Of a stretch of 34,231 nt of DNA, positions 1 through 9,593 are shown piece after piece. A program made the position numbers and the translations under genes. Within the stretch, counting starts at the first letter, position 1. Every line of letters starts with the position of its first letter. This DNA comes from Abditibacteriaceae bacterium (GTDB lineage: Bacteria > Armatimonadota > Abditibacteriia > Abditibacteriales > Abditibacteriaceae). The stretch covers positions 1 through 34,231 of the forward strand of contig JANMKN010000135.1 of NCBI GenBank assembly GCA_031372065.1. The letters run 5' to 3'. The notes under the pieces were generated by a model. It searched no databases. It had not been told where the DNA came from and saw only the letters and a list, made by a program, of their open reading frames with translations.

Positions 1-136
1 CATTGCGCTGGGAAAAGTGCAAAACTTGCGGCACAAAAAGGCCACAGACCAGCAGTGACAACACGAAACCGGTTAATTCTATGCGGCGCGTTTGAAAAAA
101 GGTGATGAGCCAGTGCTTGAGAGAAACCGCCTTCAT
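1..136 (-). CDS. 5' part of a membrane protein, truncated by the window edge; not in the ORF track
   Basis: ATG at 136, 17 bp after the stop of the FecR gene. The frame stays open to position 1: MKAVSLKHWLITFFQTRRIELTGFVLSLLVCGLFVPQVLHFSQRN, with a hydrophobic N-terminal TM segment. Confidence 0.6.
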   Translation of the reverse strand, partial: MKAVSLKHWLITFFQTRRIELTGFVLSLLVCGLFVPQVLHFSQRN

Positions 137-153
137 GGTCAGTAATCTCGTGC

Positions 154-1974
154 CTAACGCGTGGGAAGCTGAACGTGTGCGCCGTAGGAAAAGGCGAAAG
201 TCACGCTGCTTTGCGAGCGATAAAACTGTTGAAACTGCGCCACGAAACCGCTGTTCTTAGTCAGTTTTCGATAGACACGCAGCGAGTATTCGCTGGGCGG
301 AATCGGCGCCGTGCTGTTCCACTTTTTCAAATTGGCCGTTTCCAAATAAACATCGAAGTCGGTGCGGTCATAGAGTCCCGGAAAGGTCAGACCAAACGTA
401 GTTAAACCACGGCTGAAAGTATCGCGGCCCAATTCGCCGTAAAACTCAATTTGGTTGGGCACCAAAGGCAACGCGAAATCTACCGAAGCACCTGTCGTCG
501 TGGGCACCGTGAGGTTGTTGTAATGCAGCAAGTTCAAACCGTAATTGCCGCGCGCGGTTTGAACACCAAAGCGCCCATAATAGCCGTTTTGTCCGCCCGG
601 CACATTGTAAGGCAATTTGTTGGGAAAGGCATCGTAAAGATAAGCCAAATCAAGGCGGCGACCTTTGCCGACATTGGGCGAAATACGCAGCGCATCCATC
701 GTATCGCGCGCGCCTTGGCGCACCAAAGAGCCAAAGAGGGCGGCCTGTGTTGGCCCGGCCAAAAAGCGCTGCCGTCCAACTTGAATTTCGCCGCGTGGAT
801 TGGTGTAGGTCAGCGACGCGCTGGAAACTGTGCTGAGATCGCGCGTGACGCGGCCCGCCGCACCGTTAAAACGCAGTTTGAGCGGCAACAAAGCCGCATC
901 AAGCGACCACGGCCCTTTGGTGTAAAAAGTATGAAGCCGTCCACCATAAGATTGAATGCCGCCATCGCCCAAAGCGCCGATCATTTCAAAGTCCGCGACT
1001 CCGGCGCCATTCAAGTTGCCCGTCGCCTCGCCTATATGCGCGAGAGCCGCTTCTGCGCTTAATGCGCCGATTTCCGAAAGCGTATCCGGCATCGTGGTTT
1101 CAGCGGCGCTTCCTGTTGTCGCAAGGCTTGAACCGACAATGCGCGATTGAACGATAGGTCGCCGGAATTGCAAAGCCGCTGGAAAGACGACAATCGGCGG
1201 CGCGACGGGAAGGCCGCCCGGATTTTGAAACGGAGTGGCATTTTGCGCCACCACAGCATTGCTGGAAGTGTTTCCCTGATCGGCGGCCTGACGCTCTGGC
1301 GAAGAGCGAATCCCAGTATTCGATGTTGACCCGGCATAAGGCGAATCCACCGGGGTCTCGCCCAAACCATTACCGCCGCCCCCGCCGCCCAAACCGTTGC
1401 CGTTGCCACCACCAATAAGCGGGGCTGCCACGCGCAAGGCCGAAAGCGCGCCATCGGCGAACACTAATACGGACTGATCCGGCAAAAGAGAAATGTGATC
1501 GCCGCGTATGGTATCAACATCCATCGCGCCGGAGTTCAATGAAAAAAGGACCGAACCATCCGCGTTGTGTTGAATGGTTCCCACACTGCCCTTGATGCCG
1601 GCAATGCCTGCCCCGGCGACGATGCGCCCCGGCGTTAGGCGCGAAAACAACAACGCGCCTGCGTCCAATTTCGTTTCGGTAGCATTCTGCACAAAAAGCG
1701 TGGACAGCGGTCCCAAACGAATCAATGATTTATCAACAAAGAGAATATCGGCTTTGGAGCGTTTGCGGGTGCGAAAGCGGTTGTCCTGACTTAAGGTATC
1801 GCCAATTTTCGAAGTCAGCCACACCGCATTCCCCCCGCTCTTTTTTTCGATGACGTGTTCCTTGGCGGCCACTCTGGCAACGACTTGGGCTTGCACGCTT
1901 GCCAGTTGAAGGCACAGCGATGCGACAACCAGTAATACGAGGACGGAGTTGGATACAACGGAACGCTGTTTCAT
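154..1974 (-). CDS. Secreted FecR-domain protein with C-terminal putative outer-membrane beta-barrel
   Basis: Sec signal peptide. FecR-like segment (IGDTLSQDNRFRTRKRSKADILFVDKSLIRLGPLS...AGIKGS...LNSGAMDV). Gly/Ser/Pro linker. C-terminal half has alternating aromatic/hydrophobic beta strands ending VTFAFSYGAHVQL. Confidence 0.7.
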   Translation of the reverse strand: MKQRSVVSNSVLVLLVVASLCLQLASVQAQVVARVAAKEHVIEKKSGGNAVWLTSKIGDTLSQDNRFRTRKRSKADILFVDKSLIRLGPLSTLFVQNATETKLDAGALLFSRLTPGRIVAGAGIAGIKGSVGTIQHNADGSVLFSLNSGAMDVDTIRGDHISLLPDQSVLVFADGALSALRVAAPLIGGGNGNGLGGGGGGNGLGETPVDSPYAGSTSNTGIRSSPERQAADQGNTSSNAVVAQNATPFQNPGGLPVAPPIVVFPAALQFRRPIVQSRIVGSSLATTGSAAETTMPDTLSEIGALSAEAALAHIGEATGNLNGAGVADFEMIGALGDGGIQSYGGRLHTFYTKGPWSLDAALLPLKLRFNGAAGRVTRDLSTVSSASLTYTNPRGEIQVGRQRFLAGPTQAALFGSLVRQGARDTMDALRISPNVGKGRRLDLAYLYDAFPNKLPYNVPGGQNGYYGRFGVQTARGNYGLNLLHYNNLTVPTTTGASVDFALPLVPNQIEFYGELGRDTFSRGLTTFGLTFPGLYDRTDFDVYLETANLKKWNSTAPIPPSEYSLRVYRKLTKNSGFVAQFQQFYRSQSSVTFAFSYGAHVQLPTR

Positions 1975-2007
1975 AAAACTCTTGCCTTCAGTCGTTGAGA
2001 TGATGTT

Positions 2008-2721
2008 TCAAAGCCCGTTTACTGCTGTGACAGTGCCCGCAAAACTCAACGAAAACGTGCCCGTCGCGTTGGAGACAAAAAAGTCGGGATCAGGCGCCAT
2101 TGTCGCGTTTTGGACGCGAAATGCCACGGTTTTTCCTGTCACCGATTGCACCGTCAATGTCGCCGCTGTCGCTGTCCACGATTTTTCTGTGGTCTGGCCG
2201 TTGCTCGTCGTGGATTCAATGTATTGGAGAAAGTTATCTCCTGTGCTTCCCGATGACAGGGAATAACTTGACCCGGCGACCAGCGCCTGATTGACCTTGA
2301 TGTTAATGGTGCGATTGCCTGTCGCCGGAGGATTACACAATGTTCCCACAATCGTAAACGAGCCAGCGCCAGCTGTATTAACGGCGTTGCCAAGCACTTT
2401 CGTGGCGCTAAAAGCCGTAATGTCGGCGTTGCCGTTGGAGACTGCTGAAAACGTGGCATCTAATGTGCCGCCGCCACAAGCAGGCACTGGCGTGGGTGTG
2501 GGAACAGTTCCACCACCACCTCCTCCGCCTCCACCATTTCCACCGCCGGGGCCATTGCCGCCTCCACCTCCTGTCGGCAAGCCACCACCAAGCGATGGCC
2601 CGGTGCCGGGGCTACCCGCGCTGCAACCTGCCAACCATGACGCCGCCAATGCGACACTCAGACTCAGCGCACCCATGAGGGCGCCTGTCCGAAAAAAACG
2701 CTTCCAAAGGGCTATGCGCAT
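2008..2721 (-). CDS. Lipoprotein with Gly-rich and Pro-Thr linker and a beta-rich domain
   Basis: Basic N-terminus, hydrophobic stretch, lipobox LAGC, poly-Gly and PTPTP linker. Gaps to neighbours are 24 and 33 bp. Confidence 0.75.
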   Translation of the reverse strand: MRIALWKRFFRTGALMGALSLSVALAASWLAGCSAGSPGTGPSLGGGLPTGGGGGNGPGGGNGGGGGGGGGTVPTPTPVPACGGGTLDATFSAVSNGNADITAFSATKVLGNAVNTAGAGSFTIVGTLCNPPATGNRTINIKVNQALVAGSSYSLSSGSTGDNFLQYIESTTSNGQTTEKSWTATAATLTVQSVTGKTVAFRVQNATMAPDPDFFVSNATGTFSLSFAGTVTAVNGL

Positions 2722-2745
2722 ATTGACCTCTGTTTAATTCTTACC

Positions 2746-5700
2746 TTAACGGGCCACTGCCGTGTGCTGACCGTCTGGCAACGGCTGGCCTTGCCCATCG
2801 CGTAAACCCGACCATGTTATCGTGACCGAATCGGCACTTTGCAACGAGCGCGCGGCCAATTTCAAGGTGACAGTATTGTTGGCATATGCTGCGGACAACA
2901 CGCTGATTTCAGCGCCGTTCACGGCGACACTGTAATGCGAATGGTCTCCCGCAGTGGTCGCATCAAGCATAGCGGCGCTGCTTAGTTCGATGAGGTTGGA
3001 TGGGCCATTTATCGCCACGCTTGACCAATTGAAACTCTCTGTTGCCATTGAGCGGGTTAGCACAACACCAGCGCGAATTCCAAGGGCCATGCTATGACTG
3101 AAGCCACCGCTCACCGCGCTGGCCTGACTGAGTCCCTTGGACTGCACCGGAGTTGTGCGATTTGTTGTTGTTCCATCGCCAATCGCGCCGTAAACGTTGC
3201 CGCCCCAACTCCACACTGTCCCGTCGTTCTTAATGGCAAGGCTGTGACTGGTTCCCGCAGCCACCAAACGAACGCCACTGAAGTTGCTCACGCGCACCGG
3301 CGATGGTTTGCTTGCCGTTGTTGTCCCATCGCCCAATTGACCCGAAGCGTTGCTGCCCCACGCCGAAATTCCCGCACCGGAAGCGTCAAGGGCCAGCGTG
3401 TGCGCGTAGCCTGCCGCGATTCTTCCCACTCCTGCCACGCCGCTGACGGTGAGCGGACTGAGGCTATCTGTGGTGGTGCCGTTACCTAATTGACCATTGG
3501 CATTCCAGCCGAAGGTTTGGACGGTGCCATTGCTTTTCAAAACTACAGTGTGACCGGCGCCCGCTGCTATCGCGCGGATGCCGCTGATGCCTTTTGCTTG
3601 CACCGGAGTGCTGCGGTTTGTCTTGGTGCCGTCGCCCAACTGACCGTAAAAGTTGCTGCCCCAACACCAAACGGTGCCGTCGCTTTTCAATGCCACACTG
3701 TAATAAACGCCCGCTGCTATCGCAGTAACGCCGCTTAAACCGCGCACTTGAATGGGCAGCGCCGAAACCAACTGTGTGCCGTCGCCCAACTGACCATAGG
3801 TGTTGGAACCCCACGACCACACCGTGCCATCTTGTTTTAACGCGAGCGAATGATACCATCCGGCAGCTATGGCGCGCACTCCAGAAAAGCCCGGCACTTG
3901 CACTGGTGTAAGCCGATTAGTGCCGGTGCCATCGCCCAATTGACCCGAAGCGTTATTACCCCAACCCCAAACGGTGCCGTCACTTTTCAGCGCGAGACTG
4001 TGCGCGCCGCCTGCGGCAATCGCAGTGACGCCGTTCAAATTGATCGCTTGAGGTAAAAGTTTGTTGGCCGTCGAGCCATCGCCGAGTTGCCCCAAATTGT
4101 TGTAGCCCCAAGTGTTCACGGTGCCGACGAGCAACTGAGATGGCCCAAATTCGCTGGTGTCGCCAGTGCCAACGTTTGTCGCCGTAGCGCAGAGAAATTG
4201 CTCGGCGAAACTGCTGCCCAAACTGAAACTCAGAGTGCCTTTGTAATTGCCGCTGGCGTCGGTTGTCACCGTGCGGCTACCCAAATAGAATTCGCCTTCG
4301 CCAAAACCGGAGGGATCGGGCGCTGTGGCGCGGAAGAAATCAAGGGCGCAACTCGTGCTTGGTTTGCTGGTGAGTTGAATATCCAACGTGCCGCTGACGG
4401 CATTTGTGCCCGACAAATTATAGCCGGTGATAATCGGGAAATTTTGCAGATTATTCGGGCCGCTGTCCGCATCGCCGCTATCGTTGGCGGTGACGTTTTT
4501 GGCATCCTGAGTGCCGCCGTTTAAGTTGATGCCCAGACCGCTGTTGTTGTAAATCCGATTGCCACGAATCGCATTTCCGGCGGCGCTGTCGGCGCTACCG
4601 CTACCCACGCTTACGCCATCGCCGCCATTGAAAGCGATAAGGTTGGCATCACCCGAATTTGTGCCGCCGATTTTATTGGTTTTCGCGCCGCCGGAAATGA
4701 CGATGCCCGCTCCGCTGCCAGCAACCCCAGCATTTCCCGTTGCATCCGTGCCAATATAGCAACCTTGCACTGTGTTGCCCGTCGCGTCCGTGCCGTTGAT
4801 GTTGACTTGGCGACCTTTGAAGCCACTTATGACCAAACCTTTGATGACGCAATTGGCCGCGTTAAACGAAATGCCCGTTGCGCCCGTGCCCGCATTGGAG
4901 CCATTGAGGAAAATGACCGGATGACCCGCAAAACCGGATTGGCTGGTGCCGTCCAAAACGATGCCATTGCTTGTAAGAGCCGGTAGCGGACTGGCAACGG
5001 AAATCGTGAATGCCCCTGTTGCCGCATTGAAACCGCTATCGCTGATGGGAATATTAAAGGTAATCGTTGACACGCCGCACAAACCCGCAGAATCCAACGT
5101 CGCGCGCAAACTGCCCGCCCCGCTGTCGCGCGTATTTGTGACGACAGAAGACGCGCTACCCACCGGAGTAGGCGTAAATTCGCTGGTGTCGCCCGTCGTT
5201 AGATTAGTAGCCGTGAGTGTGAATATTTGACCGCTGGAACTGCTGACCGTAAAGGTGAAACTCGCATTGCCGTTGGCAGCGGTAGTGACATTTTGACTGG
5301 CGACGTAAATCTCGCCTTCGGCCAAGTTGCCCGCGCCGCCACAAGCCGAATTATCGCCCGTGTTTCGATATAAATCAAGCACGAAACTCTTGTTTGGCGT
5401 GCTGTTTAGCGTGCCGCTAACGATGAAATTGCTGCCGGACGGTTGAACGCTGGTAATCAACGGGAAATTTTGCAGATTATTCGGGCCGCTGTCGGCATCA
5501 CCGGCATCATTGAGCGTTGCAGTGCCAACGGCTTCGGTGGACGGGAAAAGATTAATGCCTAAGAAAGTGCTGTTAAAAATGCGATTGCCGCGCACCGTGT
5601 TGCCGATTGTTTGCTCTGTCGGAGCAGCAAAAATGCGCACACCATCACCGTCGGCTCCCGCACTAAAAGCGATGCGATTGCCCGCATCCGTCACCGCCGC

Positions 5701-8700
5701 GCCGGTAGCCGTGCGCGCCGCGCCGATGACGTTGTTTTGCGAGCCACCACTGATGATAATGCCGTTACCGGCATTAGGCAGCGCTGCTGTGCCCGTCGCA
5801 TTGAGGCCGATAAAATTGCCCTGCACGAGATTACCATTTGACCCGGAACCTATACCAATGCCATTGGTTAGGCCCGCGATGACGTTGCCCGCGCCGCTGA
5901 CTGTGCCGCCGATGAGGTTGCCTTGCGCGCCGTTGGTAACTCGCACGCCGAAGATGTCCGGCACGTTGGCTCCCGTCACAAGCGCCGCTGTGCCGCTGGC
6001 ATTGATGCCGATGTAATTGCCCTGCACAATGTTCCGATTTGCGCCCGCATCGGAGATAATCACTAAGCCCACGTCGCCATTGCCGAAAATGACGTTGCGT
6101 GCGCTGGCGCTGGTGCCGCCAATCAAATTGTCAGGAGCGCCAAAGATACCGATGCCCCGGCTATTGGGCACAGCGAGGGTGCCTGCCGGATTGAGGCCGA
6201 TAAAATTGCCTTGCACTATGTTGCCGCTGGTGTCGGCACTGCCCAGAAGCACGCCATAGCGCCCGTTGTTGGAAATGACGTTGCGCGTCGCCGCGCTTGT
6301 GCCGCCGATGATATTGTTAGGCGCACCAGTGCCCGGCGTGAAACCATCAGTCGCCAGCCGAATGCCGTCCTCATTGGACGTTGCGGCAGAAGCAAGTCCT
6401 GCCGCCGTCGTGCCGATATAGCAGCCTTCGACCTTGTTGCCCTTCGCCAGCAAATGCCCACTGGTGCCGAAGATGCTAATTCCTGTCGCAAACTTACTGA
6501 TAACCAAGCCGCGCACGGTGCAATTGTCGGCATTGATTTCAAGGCCGCCCCCGAACGATCCTGCGGACAGCGCGCTACCATTAAGCACAATTTCCGGTCC
6601 GGCAGCATTAGTGTTGCCGCCGAAAGCCGTTTGCGTGGTGCCGTCAATGACCGTGCCATTTTTGGTGATGGCAGGCAGCGGCGAACGCGGACGAATCGTG
6701 AAAACGCCGCTTGTGGCCAACGCTGCGGGAATATTGAATATCACCGCAGTGTTGGCCACAACGTTTGCGACGCGTAGCGCGGTGCGCAATGAGCCAAGGC
6801 CATCGTCGTTGGTGTTGGTGACGACGTTGCTGAAACTTAGCGGGCTAAATTCGCTGGTTTCGCCGGTTGCCACGTTGGTCGCCGTCGTGCTGACCGTCGG
6901 GCCACTGAACGTGCCGGTGGCGGTGAAAGTAAACGTCGCGTTGCCCGTCGCATTGGTCGTGACATTCTTCGAGCCGAGATAAGTTTCGCCTTCGCCAAAA
7001 CCAGAAGGGTCGCCTTGAGAGTTAGCGTAAAAATCAACGGCAAAAGAAGCGTTCGGCAGGCTGTTTAGCGTGCCGCTGATGGTCGTATTGCCGGAAGCCG
7101 ATGACAACGCCGTGATGATCGGAAAATTCTGCAAATGGTTTGGCCCGCTGTCACCATCGCTGGTGTCATTCGGTGTCGGGGCATTAGCCGTGCGCGCATC
7201 AGGATTTTCGCTGGCCGATTCCAGATTGATGCCCAGTCCGCCATTTTTAAAGATGCTATTGCCGCGAATTGTGTTTCCGAAGGTGGTTTCTTCGGAAACG
7301 CGCACGCCGCTGTTGCCGTTGAACGCGATTCGATTGGCCGCGCCCGCTGCAACACCGCCGATGATGTTCCCCGCTGCGCCACTGGTGATTTCGATGCCTG
7401 CGACGGCGTTGCCCAGCGCCGCGCCATTGGCGTTGACGCCGATGAAATTGCCCTGCACCACGTTTTTATTAGTGCCGTCGTTGTCAATCGAAACGCCGGT
7501 GCCGTTGCCCGAAATGATGTTGCGCGCCGCCGTTGTCGTGCCGCCGATGACGTTCTGCTCGGCAGAACTGGTGATGAGAATTCCAACGTTTGTATTGGGC
7601 ACCGCTTTCAAGCCCGTGATGTCGGTGCCGATTTTGTTGCCTTGAATTTGGTTGGCAGTGGCGCCGCTGTCCATCTCTATGCCCACGCCGTTGCCGGAAA
7701 TGACGTTTCCTGCGCCGGAGGTCGTGCCGCCCACGTTGTTGCGGGAAGCGCCTTCCAAAATGATAATTCCCCGGTCCCGATTGGCAATCGCACCTGTGCC
7801 AGCCACGTTCGTGCCGATAAAATTGCCTTGCACGGTGTTGGACTCGGTGCCGGCATTTATGAGCAGAACGCCGTTGTTGTTGCCGGAGATGACGTTGCGC
7901 AAATTGGCGGCAGGGCCGCCGATCAAATTGTTTTTCGCGCCGTTGTCAATGAAAACACCGTATTCGGCACTACTTAAAACCGCACTGCCGTCTTTATTAG
8001 TGCCGATGAGGTTGCCCTGCACTTTGTTGTTGCTGGCGCCATCGCTCGAAATGCGCACTTGAAAGTCGCGATTGCCCGCTATAAGGTTGCCCGGCGTTTG
8101 CCCCAGCGTTGTCGTTGATCCGCCGACGGTATTGTTTTTCGCCGCGAATATTTGAACGCCAACGCTATTTCCTATGGCTGCGTTACCGCTGATATTGGTG
8201 CCGATGTAATTGCCCTGCACGATGTGCGAAACGGTGAGATTGTCAGTCGGCCCATTGCCTTCGATGACAACTCCTCCTCCATTGCCGGAGATGATATTGC
8301 GCGCCCCGACAACCGTGCCGCCGACTATCGTGGCCCGCGCGCCATTGGAAATGCCAACTCCTCTGCCGGTGGCGCCCACGATTTTCAGAGCCGCTGTGCC
8401 ACTCGCATTGGTGCCGATCAGATTGCCCTGAACCACTGTGTTGTCAGTGCCGATGCCGCCAATGTTTACATTGTTGGCATCGTTAGCTGCAATCACATTG
8501 CCCGGCGCTTGGCCCGGCGCAGACGAAATGCCGCCGATAACCGTATTTTTCGGCCCACTCGCTCCCGACCGAATGGCTACCGTAATGCCTTCGGCATGAT
8601 TAGGCAGCGCGGCATTTCCTACCGCATTGGTGCCGATGTAATTGCCCTGAACTTTGTTGCCGTCGGTGCCCGCATCGAAAAAGATGATGCCAGTGCCGCC

Positions 8701-9507
8701 ATTGCCGGAAATCACGTTGCGCGCCGTGGCCGTTGGGCCACCAATGAGATTGTTCTTCGCGCCCGCTTCGACGAATAGACCGGCGTTGTTATTGGGTAGG
8801 GCGGCGGTTCCTGCCGCGTTGGTGCCGATATAGTTGCCTTGAATTTTGTTATTATCGGCGCCTACATCGAAGCCATTGATATTAATACCGTTGGCGTTGC
8901 CGGAAATGACGTTGCGTTCAGCCGCCGTCAGCCCGCCGATGACGTTGTTATTACTCTCGAAAATCGTGATGCCGCCCGTTGGCATCGCCAAGCGGCCCGT
9001 CGCATCGGTGCCAATGTAGCAGCCGCTTACTTTATTCCCCGTCGCCGCTGTGCCAAAAATAACAATTCCCGACGCGCCGAAATTATTAATGACCAGAGAT
9101 TTAACCGTGCAATTTGCCGCTTGAATGGTCAGACCCACAACGGGGCCTGCCGCAGACACCGATTGGGCACCGTTGATAACGATAAGTGGTTTTCCAGCAA
9201 AACCCGGCTGCGACGAGCCGTCAATTGTGAGCGGTGCCGTAATCGTCGGAAGCGGGCTTTTCGGGGCAATCGTTTTTAGCCCGGTGCCAATGTTGAAGGT
9301 GATGGTGTCGGCGCTTGCAGTTCCATTGGCCGTAGTCATCGCCTGCCGCAATGTGCCGGGGCCAGTGTCGCCTGTGGAAGTAACGGGGATGGTAAGGGCG
9401 TCGGCTGGCGTCACACCAAGCAGCCCTGGCAAGAGAAAGCCAAAGCAAGTCCAAACAACGAAAGAGACAGAAGGAGTCCGACTGTAACCCAACGCAAACT
9501 GTCGCAT
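2746..9507 (-). CDS. Giant secreted surface protein/adhesin: three parallel beta-helix modules, RCC1 repeats, C-terminal Ig-like domain
   Basis: 2253 aa with signal peptide. Many GNxIQGNxIGTxxxG / RNVISGN beta-helix repeats. Three modules each start VT(N/S)TxDxGxG(S/T)LR and end GPNxLQNFP...TATNxxTGxTSEF. About 7 RCC1 repeats (WGxNxxGQLGDGT...IAAGxxHSLALKxDGTV). Confidence 0.85.
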   Translation of the reverse strand: MRQFALGYSRTPSVSFVVWTCFGFLLPGLLGVTPADALTIPVTSTGDTGPGTLRQAMTTANGTASADTITFNIGTGLKTIAPKSPLPTITAPLTIDGSSQPGFAGKPLIVINGAQSVSAAGPVVGLTIQAANCTVKSLVINNFGASGIVIFGTAATGNKVSGCYIGTDATGRLAMPTGGITIFESNNNVIGGLTAAERNVISGNANGININGFDVGADNNKIQGNYIGTNAAGTAALPNNNAGLFVEAGAKNNLIGGPTATARNVISGNGGTGIIFFDAGTDGNKVQGNYIGTNAVGNAALPNHAEGITVAIRSGASGPKNTVIGGISSAPGQAPGNVIAANDANNVNIGGIGTDNTVVQGNLIGTNASGTAALKIVGATGRGVGISNGARATIVGGTVVGARNIISGNGGGVVIEGNGPTDNLTVSHIVQGNYIGTNISGNAAIGNSVGVQIFAAKNNTVGGSTTTLGQTPGNLIAGNRDFQVRISSDGASNNKVQGNLIGTNKDGSAVLSSAEYGVFIDNGAKNNLIGGPAANLRNVISGNNNGVLLINAGTESNTVQGNFIGTNVAGTGAIANRDRGIIILEGASRNNVGGTTSGAGNVISGNGVGIEMDSGATANQIQGNKIGTDITGLKAVPNTNVGILITSSAEQNVIGGTTTAARNIISGNGTGVSIDNDGTNKNVVQGNFIGVNANGAALGNAVAGIEITSGAAGNIIGGVAAGAANRIAFNGNSGVRVSEETTFGNTIRGNSIFKNGGLGINLESASENPDARTANAPTPNDTSDGDSGPNHLQNFPIITALSSASGNTTISGTLNSLPNASFAVDFYANSQGDPSGFGEGETYLGSKNVTTNATGNATFTFTATGTFSGPTVSTTATNVATGETSEFSPLSFSNVVTNTNDDGLGSLRTALRVANVVANTAVIFNIPAALATSGVFTIRPRSPLPAITKNGTVIDGTTQTAFGGNTNAAGPEIVLNGSALSAGSFGGGLEINADNCTVRGLVISKFATGISIFGTSGHLLAKGNKVEGCYIGTTAAGLASAATSNEDGIRLATDGFTPGTGAPNNIIGGTSAATRNVISNNGRYGVLLGSADTSGNIVQGNFIGLNPAGTLAVPNSRGIGIFGAPDNLIGGTSASARNVIFGNGDVGLVIISDAGANRNIVQGNYIGINASGTAALVTGANVPDIFGVRVTNGAQGNLIGGTVSGAGNVIAGLTNGIGIGSGSNGNLVQGNFIGLNATGTAALPNAGNGIIISGGSQNNVIGAARTATGAAVTDAGNRIAFSAGADGDGVRIFAAPTEQTIGNTVRGNRIFNSTFLGINLFPSTEAVGTATLNDAGDADSGPNNLQNFPLITSVQPSGSNFIVSGTLNSTPNKSFVLDLYRNTGDNSACGGAGNLAEGEIYVASQNVTTAANGNASFTFTVSSSSGQIFTLTATNLTTGDTSEFTPTPVGSASSVVTNTRDSGAGSLRATLDSAGLCGVSTITFNIPISDSGFNAATGAFTISVASPLPALTSNGIVLDGTSQSGFAGHPVIFLNGSNAGTGATGISFNAANCVIKGLVISGFKGRQVNINGTDATGNTVQGCYIGTDATGNAGVAGSGAGIVISGGAKTNKIGGTNSGDANLIAFNGGDGVSVGSGSADSAAGNAIRGNRIYNNSGLGINLNGGTQDAKNVTANDSGDADSGPNNLQNFPIITGYNLSGTNAVSGTLDIQLTSKPSTSCALDFFRATAPDPSGFGEGEFYLGSRTVTTDASGNYKGTLSFSLGSSFAEQFLCATATNVGTGDTSEFGPSQLLVGTVNTWGYNNLGQLGDGSTANKLLPQAINLNGVTAIAAGGAHSLALKSDGTVWGWGNNASGQLGDGTGTNRLTPVQVPGFSGVRAIAAGWYHSLALKQDGTVWSWGSNTYGQLGDGTQLVSALPIQVRGLSGVTAIAAGVYYSVALKSDGTVWCWGSNFYGQLGDGTKTNRSTPVQAKGISGIRAIAAGAGHTVVLKSNGTVQTFGWNANGQLGNGTTTDSLSPLTVSGVAGVGRIAAGYAHTLALDASGAGISAWGSNASGQLGDGTTTASKPSPVRVSNFSGVRLVAAGTSHSLAIKNDGTVWSWGGNVYGAIGDGTTTNRTTPVQSKGLSQASAVSGGFSHSMALGIRAGVVLTRSMATESFNWSSVAINGPSNLIELSSAAMLDATTAGDHSHYSVAVNGAEISVLSAAYANNTVTLKLAARSLQSADSVTITWSGLRDGQGQPLPDGQHTAVAR

Positions 9508-9540
9508 GACTATGTTCTCCGTCGCGGCACAATTGTGAGC

Positions 9541-9569
9541 ATTATAATCCTCACGTTCATAAAAGTCAA
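9541..9569 (-). promoter_or_regulatory. sigma70-type promoter for the giant surface-protein operon
   Basis: Minus strand reads TTGACT-N17-TATAAT (-35 at 9569-9564, -10 at 9546-9541), 33 bp upstream of the ATG at 9507. A GGAG SD-like motif precedes the ATG. Confidence 0.75.
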
Positions 9570-9593
9570 TTCCGCGCCAGAAGGCTGCTGCTG

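Noticed and set aside
2500..2590. (CCA/CCG/CCT)n low-complexity tract as a contingency locus
   Set aside because: It is a mixed-codon poly-Gly linker, not a pure slippage repeat, and length changes would stay in frame.
3094..9487. Many + strand ORFs of 60-280 aa opposite the giant surface-protein gene
   Set aside because: Antisense shadows of a repetitive Gly/Asn/Thr-rich coding sequence, with no recognisable motifs.
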